Assembly (NCBI GenBank): GCA_036505095.1
Contig: DASXUA010000637.1
Location: 1 to 51,964 of the forward strand
Length of the DNA stretch: 51,964 nt
Direction: 5' to 3'
DNA from: Phycisphaerae bacterium
GTDB taxonomy: Bacteria; Planctomycetota; Phycisphaerae; UBA1845
Positions within the stretch are counted from its first letter, which is position 1. Each line of letters begins with the position of its first letter. A program made the position numbers and the translations under genes. Under the pieces are notes generated by a model that saw only the letters and a list, made by a program, of their open reading frames with translations, made no database searches and was not told where the DNA came from. Below are positions 23,151 through 32,153 of the stretch, one piece after another.

Positions 23151-26100
23151 TTACACCGTCACCAGCATGGCGCCATCTTCAATGGTAGACTCGGACCGCC
23201 AGCGCTCGGATAGCTCGGTGAGCTTGGCCTCGATCTCCGCCCGCTTGGCGTGCTCCCGTACCATCCGCTCGCGGTAGCGCTTCAAGAAGTAGGCAATGGT
23301 CTCAATGCGGATGCGGATCGAGCCGGTTGGCTTGTTCTCGTCGATGTCTTTGAAGCAGAAATAGGGCGTGCCGCTGCGCTCGATGATCTCCTCGATGTTC
23401 GAGTAGATCGGTGCATCGTGCCCGCACTTGAAGCTGCTCAACTCCAGCGCCACCAGGTTCGGATGCCGGGCGGTATACTTGGCGGCCCACATCTTGCGGC
23501 TGGTGTTCTCGGAGTAGCTGTTCTTCCAGACGTCCTCGACCGAGAGCGGCGACTTGAATTCTCCGGCGGCCACTTCGGCCCCGAACAGCCGCTCCAGGAT
23601 ATCGTCGTCGATGGGCAATGTATCCTGCCAGAAGATCGGATAGCCGAGCTTCTGCAGCTCTTCGCAAATCTCGTGGTTAACGCCCGGGTCGTTGTGGTAA
23701 GGCCGGGCGAGCACGACCACGCCCATCCGCTGCTCGCGCTCGAGCTGATCGAGAATCTCGCGCGCCTGCCGCCGCAGCTTGCTCTCGAACGCCTGCAGCG
23801 CCTTGAGTCCCTGTTTTGTGGCCCGATATGATTCTTCGGGCGAGAGGCCTAACTCGTCTTTCCAGTCGTCGTACATCTGCTTGGCGCACAGTTCGGCTTT
23901 GTCCATGTTCAGGAAGGTCTTCTTGAAGACGATGCCCTTCTGCTTGAACAGGTCGCCCTCTTTGACAAAGGCAGCGTGCGTCGCTTCGGTCGTCGAGACG
24001 ACCGTCGGGCAGGCGCGGCTGTCCTGCACGTTGTGCAGGAAGGTCGGGAACGAATCGACCATGGGGAAGAAGATGTGCGTCAGCGGCTTTTTCTCATGCT
24101 GCACGTAGAGCAGGTCGTGCACATGCGGGATGCCCAGTTTGCTCGGGAAGCACGGGTCGATGCTGCCGCGCTTGGCGCCGCGCTTGTACAGCTCCGTGCT
24201 GGTGTACTCGCTGAACACCAGATTGCGGTGCGGGAGCCCCAGGCTCTGGAAGAAGCCCAGGAAGAACGGCGACTGCCCGTACATATTGAGCACGCGCGGG
24301 AAGCCGATCCGCAATTCCTTACGCCGCTCCATGAGCGCCCGACGCGCGTCAGAACCCCCCCCGTCGCAGATCCGCCGTGGCGGGCTAGTGGGGGGTGACG
24401 TGTGCGCGCTGCCGGTATCAGCGCGCGAAGCACACCCGCCCTTGGCAGGGCGGGTTTTGAACAGCCGCGCCCATCGGGAAAGCTGCGGCAGCGGATCAGA
24501 TACGTCCTCGACCTGAACCTCCTTGAAGGCCTCGTGGGCCGCCACCGCCAGCAGGTTCGGATTGGCTTTCTTGACCGCGTCGAGACCGCTCTTGATGTCG
24601 CGCATGTCGTTGATGTCTTCGACTGTGCCCTTCTCGCAGGTGGCGATGATCAGCCGTTGCTCGCCTTCCTGCAGCGGCACCTTGGACTTGCTCTTGGTTG
24701 AAGCCTTCTTCATCAACTCCTTGGCCTCGGCCGCTGGATCGACAGCTTGGGGGGCGGGCATCCCACCTGCCGGCGCGCTAACCACGCCCAGGCTGACCAA
24801 AACGCCATCGGCCTTGTCCGGCTGCGCGTCGCCGGTCTTAACGTCGATGAACGTCCGCAGGCACTTGTTCTTGCAGAAATAGCAGCGCGTCGACTCCTCG
24901 CGCGTGGTGCGGTATTGGATCTTTCCCACCCGATCCAACCCGATGAATGTTGTCTTCAGGCCGCACTCGTTCCACAACCGCTGCGCCTCGATCGCACAGC
25001 CAATCGCGCCGCTCTCGCCGCAGTGCTTGTGCACGATCACTTGCGGAGTAACGCCCGTGCCGACGAAACGCGATTCGATGAAATCGACCTGCGACTTGAC
25101 CGCGGCCAGGTTATGCTGCGTGCCGCCTTGCAGGACGAACTTCGTGCCGAGCTTGGCCAGGTTCGGAATCTGCGAGACGTACAGCCAGATGTTCTTGGGC
25201 AGCACGGCCGCCAGCCCGGCCATGATCTCGTTCGGCTGCCAACCTTGGCGCTGGAAATCGACGATGTCCGACTGCATGAAGACCGCGCAGCCGTAGCCGA
25301 ACTCCGGCATGGCCTGCGCGCTGAACGCGATGTCGGCATAGTCGTGCACGTCGAACCCGAAGCCGGTGGCCGTCGATTGCAGGAAATAGCCGTTGCCCGC
25401 GCTGCACTGCGTATTGAGCTTGAAATCCTTGACGCTGCCGTTCCGCAGGATGATCAGCTTGATGTCCTGCCCGCCGACATCGACGATCACGTCCGTGCCG
25501 GGGTAGAAGTGCAGCCCGGCCTCGGTGTGCGCCACCGTCTCGACCAGCCCCACGTCCGCCTTCAGCACGTCCTTCAGAATGTCCTTGGCGTAGCCCGTTG
25601 TGCCCACGCCGAGAACCTTCAGCGTACAGCCCTGCTCGGTGATTTGCTTCTCCAGGGCGCCGCAGATGTCCATCGTGTCTTCGATGGGGTTGCCCTTGGA
25701 GAGCTGATACGATTTGGCGATGACGTTTTTGTCCTTGTCGACCAGCACACCTTTGCTGGAGGTCGAGCCGCCGTCCAGCCCGAGGAACGCCTCGACGAGC
25801 GTGCCGGGCGCGAACTTTGCCGGCGCCCACGGCTCTTTCTTGTAGCGGTCCTTGAAGTGACTCAGCTCATCGGGGTCCTTGACTAAACCCTTCGCTCCGG
25901 CCGCCGCTTTGTCGGCCGCCCGCCCGTGCTCGATGTACCACTTCAGGCGATCCATTCCGTGGTACACGCCCAGATTCGGATCATCGTCAATCTCACCCTT
26001 GGCGAATTCGACCACACCGATAGCCGCGAAGTACTGCGCGTTCTCCGGAGTGATGACGTAATCCTCCGGAGACTTGCTGGCATCCGGAATTTCGACGCCG

Positions 26101-27071
26101 CGCTCTTTCCACATGGCTGGAATGTTGTGCTTCCAGCAGTCGCGCATGCCTTTGATGTAGCAGTTCGGCCCGCCGAGCAGCAATACGGTCGGCTTGAGCG
26201 TGTGCCCGCGTGTCAGCACCGAGAGGTTCTGCTGGATGATCGACTCGAACAGGCTGGCCATCAGCTCGTCGGGCGCCACGCCGGTTTTCTGCAGGCCGTT
26301 GATGTCGGTCTCGGCGAACACGCCGCACTTGCCCGCAACCGGGTGCAGCTTCAGGCCCTTGTATCCCATATTGCAAAGCTGATCGGCCGGAATCTTCAGC
26401 TTGGCGTTGATCTTATCGATGACCGCGCCCGTTCCGCCGGCACACTTGTCATTCATCGACGGGATTTTCTTTTTCTTCCCCGTCTCCTCGTCGGGCTTGA
26501 AGACGATGATCTTGGCGTCCTGCCCGCCCAGTTCGATGACGCTCTGCACCTCGGGGTAGAACTTTTCGACCGCCAGCGCGACGGCGTTGACCTCCTGAAC
26601 AAACTTGCCGCCGATGTGCTTGATCAGCCCCGATCCGCCGGAGCCGGTGATGAAGAGGCGGAACGAATTGGTGGGCACATCGGGGAATTCCTGCTCAATG
26701 CGCGTGAGGAACTCGATGCACTTCTCGGGCTGCTTGGTGTCGTGCCGCTGATAATCCTTCCAGAGGATTTCGTCGGTGAGCGGATTGATCACGACGGCCT
26801 TGACCGTCGTCGAGCCTACGTCGAGGCCGATCATCAGCCCTTGGGCGTACTTCTCGGTCCCGGCGAACGGCTCAACGACCGTGGTCGGTCGGTTCGCATC
26901 CGCCGTCGCCTTCGCCCCAACGGAGATGTTGAGCTGCACGGCCTTGAGCGCCGCATCTTTCGGCTCACCCTTGCCCCCGGAGCCGCAGCACCCACCGCCG
27001 CCCGATCCACACGATCCGTGATCCGCGTCGAAGTATTTGTTCAGCATCCGTATCTGTTCCCCGCGCCTCAA
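23151..27071 (-). CDS. PlsA-like BCR/HAD-family fusion: two BcrA/BadF/HgdC-type ATPase (activase) modules plus dehydratase-like (DUF2229-type) module
   Basis: 1306 aa. Two actin-fold ATPase modules (GLDVGSTTVKAV...ELGGQDAKII...KCAGGTGAVID and GLDGGSTSSKGV...DVGGQDIKLI...QCSAGNGYFLQ). The C-terminal region has RIGFPRVLNMYGQSPFFLGFF...DPCFPSKL. The N-terminus carries HGSCGSGGGGCCGSGG. The start may be ATG 27047. Confidence 0.88.
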   Translation of the reverse strand: MRRGEQIRMLNKYFDADHGSCGSGGGGCCGSGGKGEPKDAALKAVQLNISVGAKATADANRPTTVVEPFAGTEKYAQGLMIGLDVGSTTVKAVVINPLTDEILWKDYQRHDTKQPEKCIEFLTRIEQEFPDVPTNSFRLFITGSGGSGLIKHIGGKFVQEVNAVALAVEKFYPEVQSVIELGGQDAKIIVFKPDEETGKKKKIPSMNDKCAGGTGAVIDKINAKLKIPADQLCNMGYKGLKLHPVAGKCGVFAETDINGLQKTGVAPDELMASLFESIIQQNLSVLTRGHTLKPTVLLLGGPNCYIKGMRDCWKHNIPAMWKERGVEIPDASKSPEDYVITPENAQYFAAIGVVEFAKGEIDDDPNLGVYHGMDRLKWYIEHGRAADKAAAGAKGLVKDPDELSHFKDRYKKEPWAPAKFAPGTLVEAFLGLDGGSTSSKGVLVDKDKNVIAKSYQLSKGNPIEDTMDICGALEKQITEQGCTLKVLGVGTTGYAKDILKDVLKADVGLVETVAHTEAGLHFYPGTDVIVDVGGQDIKLIILRNGSVKDFKLNTQCSAGNGYFLQSTATGFGFDVHDYADIAFSAQAMPEFGYGCAVFMQSDIVDFQRQGWQPNEIMAGLAAVLPKNIWLYVSQIPNLAKLGTKFVLQGGTQHNLAAVKSQVDFIESRFVGTGVTPQVIVHKHCGESGAIGCAIEAQRLWNECGLKTTFIGLDRVGKIQYRTTREESTRCYFCKNKCLRTFIDVKTGDAQPDKADGVLVSLGVVSAPAGGMPAPQAVDPAAEAKELMKKASTKSKSKVPLQEGEQRLIIATCEKGTVEDINDMRDIKSGLDAVKKANPNLLAVAAHEAFKEVQVEDVSDPLPQLSRWARLFKTRPAKGGCASRADTGSAHTSPPTSPPRRICDGGGSDARRALMERRKELRIGFPRVLNMYGQSPFFLGFFQSLGLPHRNLVFSEYTSTELYKRGAKRGSIDPCFPSKLGIPHVHDLLYVQHEKKPLTHIFFPMVDSFPTFLHNVQDSRACPTVVSTTEATHAAFVKEGDLFKQKGIVFKKTFLNMDKAELCAKQMYDDWKDELGLSPEESYRATKQGLKALQAFESKLRRQAREILDQLEREQRMGVVVLARPYHNDPGVNHEICEELQKLGYPIFWQDTLPIDDDILERLFGAEVAAGEFKSPLSVEDVWKNSYSENTSRKMWAAKYTARHPNLVALELSSFKCGHDAPIYSNIEEIIERSGTPYFCFKDIDENKPTGSIRIRIETIAYFLKRYRERMVREHAKRAEIEAKLTELSERWRSESTIEDGAMLVTV

Positions 27072-27163
27072 ACCGCGCCGCGAACCGATTGGCGTTGCGC
27101 CGCGCTTGGTTGGCTACATACATGCGGAAGTATCATCGTCCACCACCGCGCCGCGCAAACAAC

Positions 27164-27409
27164 TCACGCCGCTGCCACAGACGATGCGTTCTGAATTGCG
27201 ATCGTCGGGTTCGGGTTCAACGCCGGTACCGGCAACTTGCGCCCACTCAGCAGCGCCACATGCTCTTTCATTCCCCATTTCGCCTTGTAAAGGCAGTCCT
27301 CGACGGAATGCCCGACGCCGGTAAATCCTTCGAGTTCCGGAGAATAAAAGCTGAAGAAATCCGGCTCCTCGGTCGCCTCGATCACCAATGAATACGGAAG
27401 GTCGATCAT
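27164..27409 (-). CDS. hicB: HicB-family antitoxin (N-terminal domain only)
   Basis: 81 aa. YSLVIEATEEPDFFSFYSPELEGFTGVGHSVEDCLYKAKWGMKEHV fits the UPF0150/HicB fold pattern. No DNA-binding tail. Confidence 0.7.
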   Translation of the reverse strand: MIDLPYSLVIEATEEPDFFSFYSPELEGFTGVGHSVEDCLYKAKWGMKEHVALLSGRKLPVPALNPNPTIAIQNASSVAAA

Positions 27410-27421
27410 GATCTGGGCCCA

Positions 27422-27631
27422 TCACTCTTTGATGCCCGCGGCCTTCAAGATCGCGTGGCAGGTCCCGGTGGGAACCTCCTTCGATCCATGATAGTCTACG
27501 CGGATCAACGTGTGCCAGTTCGCCTTCGCATAGTAACGGATCGAGCCCTTCTCTTTCACCTTGGCGAAGCCGCTGGTCTCCAGCAATCGGACCAACTCGC
27601 TGAACTTCAAAGCTCTTTCCTGTTCAATCAC
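27422..27631 (-). CDS. hicA: HicA-family toxin-like protein
   Basis: ORF 27422..27700 trimmed to GTG 27631. KFSELVRLLETSGFAKVKEKGSIRYY...VDYHGSKEVPTGTCHAILKAAGI fits the HicA pattern, but the usual GSH reads GSI. GTG overlaps the upstream TGA as GTGA (27628-27631). Confidence 0.7.
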   Translation of the reverse strand: MIEQERALKFSELVRLLETSGFAKVKEKGSIRYYAKANWHTLIRVDYHGSKEVPTGTCHAILKAAGIKE

Positions 27632-29436
27632 GCCGCGCCGACCAACTCCGCCGCATCCTCCTCGACTGCATTCGGGGAATGAACCTTCGGCGCTGACCAC
27701 TTTCGATCGTGATCCATCATCTCGCCGACCATCAGGATGAAATTCGCAGCGCGACCGACGATGCCCTCATGATGCTCGATGTGCTGCAGCGGGCGGCGCA
27801 GTTCGCGGTGCCCGGCGATGTAGTCGCGAATCTGCTGCAGCGAGTAGCCCGTCCGCGCCATCGCGGCCTTGAACTCGGCCTTGCATTTGAATTTGGCCTC
27901 GCCCAGCGCCATCTGCGTACGCGAGTGGGCGTTGATGTCGCCTTCGCCGCTGGTCTCGATCGGCAGGAAGATCATGTCCGGATAATTCGCCATGACCGCC
28001 GACTGCGCCCCGTCCGATTGCGTGGAGGGCATGCAGCCGAACGGTTTGAGCGACAGCACCATGTGCGCCAGGCCTTTGGCCGAGTAATAGATGTTCTTGG
28101 CCACTTCCAGGTGCCCCTCGCCGCCGCCCGAGCGCGAGTTGTAGTACGGATGGCCCATGCGCACGAGTTCGAGTTGGTTGACCAGTTCATGCGCTGTGCC
28201 TCCCAGCGCGTGCCGCAGCCGGTCGTACTCACGTTTGATGATCTTGCCGGCCAGGGTGAACGACATCATCTTCTTGCGGAATGCCAACTCACGATCGAGG
28301 CGCGCCTTCAGGCCGCGCTGCTCGCTGGGGATTTCACCCTCGGCTTCATGCAGATCGCGAGTCTTCATCTTGGCCTGATTGAGCATGTAGGCGATCCATG
28401 TCGCGATCGGCTCGACCAGCACTTCGGCGCCCTCGCCTTCCAGGAACGGGAACATGTTGAAGTTCCCGTCGCCCTCGGTGGTCTGCGCCCAGAACTCGCC
28501 GGTGATCTTCACGATCGGCTTGGGACGCGTATAGTCGACCTCGATCTCGTTGATCAGCCGCGCGCATTCCTCAAACACGGAGGTGTAATAGTCGCCCCGG
28601 AGCTGGTCCAGGAACTTCTGCGCATCGTCGCCGCTCTTGAGCGGCGTCACCTTCGCGAGCAGCGTGGCCAAGCGCCCGCCATGAACCTGGTCGTAGCTCT
28701 TCTCTTTAAGGCACTTCTGGCATAGCTCGACGCACTTAGCGAATACTTCATTCGTCTTGCCCGGCACGACCTCGTAAGGCCGGATGTGATACGCGACCTC
28801 GTTGAGCAGATCGCCCATGAACATGCCGTTGACCAGGCTCAGGAAGAAGTTCAGATTGAACTCGAACCCGGCCTCGAAATCGCTCTGATCGAGCCCGCCG
28901 CCTTGCTGGAACAGCAACACGCGGAAGCCGTCGAACCCGCTGTTACGCAGCGCGAGCCGATACTCGGCCTCGTACATTCCGAAGCGGCATGGCCCGCACG
29001 CACCGGCCGTGATGAACACGAATTTGTCGAGAATCTCCTTCGTCTGCATCCCCTGCTTGTCACGCAGGTCGCGCAGGTAATTGACCAGCGCACCGACGGT
29101 GAAATACGTGGGGTTGCACTGTCCGTTATTGCCGAATTCCTTGCCAGCCTGAAAGTCGGCTTTGCGCGCCGTGGGCACCAGCGCGACTTTGTAGCCCAGG
29201 CCCTCCAGCGCGGACAGCAGCAGCAGCTCGTGCCGCATGGTCAATCCGCCAAACAGGACCGTCGTATACTCGCGCTCCTGCTTGGTGAAGGGCCGCTCCT
29301 TGGGGCGTCTGAAATGGCTCGGCCGACCCACGCTCAGCCCCGCCTCGTGCAGCAGCCGCTCGCGCTCCTCGGCCAGTCGTTGCTGAAACAAGGGAAGGGA
29401 AACAGTCGTTCCGCTCACTTCTTGAGTTGCTTGCAT
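27628..29436 (-). CDS. PlsR-like BCR/HAD-family (acyl-CoA dehydratase activase-related) protein
   Basis: 602 aa. TVLFGGLT..HELLL..ALEGLGYKV..GNNGQCNPTYFTVGAL..ITAGACGPCRFGMYE is typical of the 2-hydroxyacyl-CoA dehydratase-related partners of activase fusions. Confidence 0.85.
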   Translation of the reverse strand: MQATQEVSGTTVSLPLFQQRLAEERERLLHEAGLSVGRPSHFRRPKERPFTKQEREYTTVLFGGLTMRHELLLLSALEGLGYKVALVPTARKADFQAGKEFGNNGQCNPTYFTVGALVNYLRDLRDKQGMQTKEILDKFVFITAGACGPCRFGMYEAEYRLALRNSGFDGFRVLLFQQGGGLDQSDFEAGFEFNLNFFLSLVNGMFMGDLLNEVAYHIRPYEVVPGKTNEVFAKCVELCQKCLKEKSYDQVHGGRLATLLAKVTPLKSGDDAQKFLDQLRGDYYTSVFEECARLINEIEVDYTRPKPIVKITGEFWAQTTEGDGNFNMFPFLEGEGAEVLVEPIATWIAYMLNQAKMKTRDLHEAEGEIPSEQRGLKARLDRELAFRKKMMSFTLAGKIIKREYDRLRHALGGTAHELVNQLELVRMGHPYYNSRSGGGEGHLEVAKNIYYSAKGLAHMVLSLKPFGCMPSTQSDGAQSAVMANYPDMIFLPIETSGEGDINAHSRTQMALGEAKFKCKAEFKAAMARTGYSLQQIRDYIAGHRELRRPLQHIEHHEGIVGRAANFILMVGEMMDHDRKWSAPKVHSPNAVEEDAAELVGAA

Positions 29437-29895
29437 CGGTTACTTTCCTCGCGATTCGCGCCCGACCCGCACCGTACCGCGCCAACGGCAGTGTGCGCTC
29501 TTGAGGTTCGGGAGCACTTTCGGGTTTGGTAACTCCGTGTTGGCAACCAGCGTGCCAGAGCGGTATTCGTGTATCGTGGGTTGTCCGGATGCTAATCTAT
29601 GCTCCGATAACGATTTACGATTTACCGACTGCCGGTCGCCAGGTGCTGAAAAGAGCATTTCAGCCTTTGCCTTGTCTCAATCTTGAGCGCCAGTCAGATG
29701 CTAAGAAACGTAGCATCATTATTATCAACTACTTAGAACGCTGTTTGGCTCATTTGTGGTGTTGAGCGTAATTGAAACATGTTCCCGCCGAACACGCTGC
29801 ACTGCCATCTGCTCAACCGCGGTAAGTCCTGACGGTACAATGTTCCGCTGCCGAAGCTGACCGCCGCGTTCGCTCGGCTCGAAACTCTAGCAGAG
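29437..29895. promoter_or_regulatory. divergent, comparatively AT-rich intergenic control region
   Basis: 459 nt between divergent starts 29436 (-) and 29896 (+). Two 7-bp inverted repeats: gctgaaa-N6-tttcagc (29645-29664) and gatgcta-N7-tagcatc (29697-29717). No promoter assigned. Confidence 0.3.
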
Positions 29896-30852
29896 GTGCT
29901 AAGCATGTTACAAGCTCGCCAGGGCAATCTGCCAATCCCAATTCTGACTGCCGTCAGCCTCGGACTGCTTTGGCCGACCGGCCGCTTGTCCGCGCAAGAG
30001 GTTCAACGGGACGAAAAGGCAGAATCCAGGCCGGAGCGTCAGCGGGTGCGCGACCAGGATGAACTCGAACGGCCGGATTTCTTGCCGCCCAACGTACCGT
30101 ATCCCGGGCTCCCACGTCGGAACATCTACCGTGGGTCACAAACGCTGCGCCCCTTCGCCACCTATCCATATCGCTATGGCTGGGACCAACCGTACGACGA
30201 GAACGACTACTTGGATTACCGCTACGGGGGATCGGTTACGGCCGATGCCTACGAACAAGGGTATCGCGATGGCTATCGCGACGGGCGCCGGGCGGAGCAG
30301 TTCGAGCGCGCGTACGAAATGGGCCGCGCATCGTATCAGGATGCGCTGCACGACGGCCTGGGCGCATTCCGCGACGGCGATTACGGCGAGGCCGCGCGGC
30401 AGTTCCTGCTGGCAACCGAACTGCATCAAGGCGATCCAGTCAGTCGCTTGCACGCCACTCACGCGCTAACAGCTCAGGGTCGCTATGCCGAAGCGGTGCA
30501 GATGCTACGCCGCGCCGTGCAACTTCAGCCCAAGATCGTTTTCCTTGCGGCCGACATCCGCCGCGAATACGGCCGCGAGCAGGATTTGCCGGAGCATCTG
30601 CACGAGCTCGAGCAGGCTGCGCAGCAAGCCGAGAACGATGCGGACCTATGGCTGCTGCTTGGGTACTACCAGTTCTATTCCGAGCATCGCGCCGCGGCTT
30701 TGAAGTCCTTCTCGCGCGCCGCGGAGGTGACCGGTCCGGATTCCGTCATCGATCGGTTCCTGGATGCGGGGCGCGCCTCGGTTCCTCCGGCCGGCAGTAC
30801 TCCGGCGCGCCATTCAGATGTGAGCGGGCGCGCCAAATCAGCCAAGCCGTGA
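29896..30852 (+). CDS. secreted TPR-like protein
   Basis: 318 aa. Signal-like N-terminus (PILTAVSLGLLWPTGRLSAQE), a Y/D/R-rich segment, then TPR-like helices. Confidence 0.65.
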   Translation: MLSMLQARQGNLPIPILTAVSLGLLWPTGRLSAQEVQRDEKAESRPERQRVRDQDELERPDFLPPNVPYPGLPRRNIYRGSQTLRPFATYPYRYGWDQPYDENDYLDYRYGGSVTADAYEQGYRDGYRDGRRAEQFERAYEMGRASYQDALHDGLGAFRDGDYGEAARQFLLATELHQGDPVSRLHATHALTAQGRYAEAVQMLRRAVQLQPKIVFLAADIRREYGREQDLPEHLHELEQAAQQAENDADLWLLLGYYQFYSEHRAAALKSFSRAAEVTGPDSVIDRFLDAGRASVPPAGSTPARHSDVSGRAKSAKP

Positions 30853-31961
30853 GGCTGCGCTCGCCGCGCCGTTTCGCGCCCGTTTGACGCGGCCGCGTCA
30901 AACGTCGTTTGCATAGCCAACACGCGGCGCTCATGTTCCAGCAGAAACTGTTTCCGCCACAGGCCGCCGCCGTAACCGCCCAATTCGCCGTTGTTCCGGA
31001 CGACGCGGTGACACGGAATCAGGATCGCCACACGATTGTCCCCGTTGGCGCGCCCGACCGCGCGCTGCGCGCCGGGTTTACCCAACTCGCGCGCCATCTG
31101 TTCGTACGACCGCGTGTGTCCGTAACGAATGCGCCGCAGCCGCTCCCAGACTGAGCGCTGAAACGCCGTGCCCGGAGCGACCAGCGGCACGCCAAACTCG
31201 GTGAGCGTTCCCGCAAAATAACGCTCCAGTTCGTCTTTCAAATGCGCGAGCTGTTCGTTGTGTCCAGGCACAATGGCGCAGCCCATTCGCTTACGCAAGA
31301 CACTCAACTGAGCCCGCAGCGCGCGGCGCTCCGTGAACTCCAGCAGGCAAATCCCGACCGGATTAGCCGCCGCAATAAGTGGGCCCAGCGGCGTCTCGAT
31401 TAACTCCGTCAGGATGCAGTCGGTCGTGCGGCTGCGGCCCGGCGTGGATCCAAAGATCCGGCCGAAAGCTGCGCGGAATCCACTGCTCGATTCGTACCCG
31501 TGGTCCCAGCCGACACTTATCAAGTCGGCTCCGCGCCTGATCTGCATCAGTGATGATCCGAGTCGCAGCAGGCGTTGGTATCCCTGAAACGTGACGCCGT
31601 AGCGTTTCTGAAAGAAGCGTCGTGCGCGCGCCGGATCGATCGCCATGCTGCGCAGATCGGCGTCGCGCAGCGGGGTGGCGGGCACCCGCTCGATTCTGGC
31701 CAGCAGTTGCCGCACCCATTCCGGTGGTTTGCCGTTGGTATCCAAGGGCCGGCAGCGCTTGCACGGCCGATACCCGGCGGCCAGCGCTTCGCGCACGGAT
31801 CGATAGTATTCGATGTTGCGCGGCAGCGGCTTGCGCGAGCCACACGAAGGCCGGCAAAAGACACCGGTAGTGCGTACCGCCACGAAGAAAACACCGTCGT
31901 AAGAGGCGTCGCGGGACAGGACGGCCCGCTGCATTTCGAGTTCGGAAGGTTGGTTGTTCAT
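30675..31961 (-). CDS. ada: Ada-type bifunctional regulator / methylated-DNA-protein-cysteine methyltransferase
   Basis: N-terminal Ada zinc domain (FFVAVRTTGVFCRPSCGSRKP...PCKRCRP), an AraC-type HTH region, and an MGMT active site ILIPCHRVV. A ~70-aa tail overlaps the convergent TPR gene. Confidence 0.85.
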   Translation of the reverse strand: MNNQPSELEMQRAVLSRDASYDGVFFVAVRTTGVFCRPSCGSRKPLPRNIEYYRSVREALAAGYRPCKRCRPLDTNGKPPEWVRQLLARIERVPATPLRDADLRSMAIDPARARRFFQKRYGVTFQGYQRLLRLGSSLMQIRRGADLISVGWDHGYESSSGFRAAFGRIFGSTPGRSRTTDCILTELIETPLGPLIAAANPVGICLLEFTERRALRAQLSVLRKRMGCAIVPGHNEQLAHLKDELERYFAGTLTEFGVPLVAPGTAFQRSVWERLRRIRYGHTRSYEQMARELGKPGAQRAVGRANGDNRVAILIPCHRVVRNNGELGGYGGGLWRKQFLLEHERRVLAMQTTFDAAASNGRETARRAQPHGLADLARPLTSEWRAGVLPAGGTEARPASRNRSMTESGPVTSAAREKDFKAAARCSE

Positions 31962-32153
31962 GGATCCAAGCCTATAGTCGCCAGAGTCGGATTGCTACCG
32001 ATTTTTGAGCGCCGAATTCAATTAGCGTTCGAACGCGACGCAGCCGTCGCGCTCGCCTTTTGGGCACTGTGAACGTTCGCGGTAGCATGGGCCTACGAGT
32101 AACTTCGCGGCCGCCTGGGTGCGCGGCCGGGGCGCTCATCAAAGAGAAACTCC

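Noticed and set aside
24747-27194. 379-aa and 422-aa + strand ORFs, plus several minus-strand off-frame ORFs, inside the PlsA-like gene
   Set aside because: They are antisense or off-frame to a 1306-aa ORF with two clear ATPase modules, and their composition is Arg/Leu/Ala-biased.
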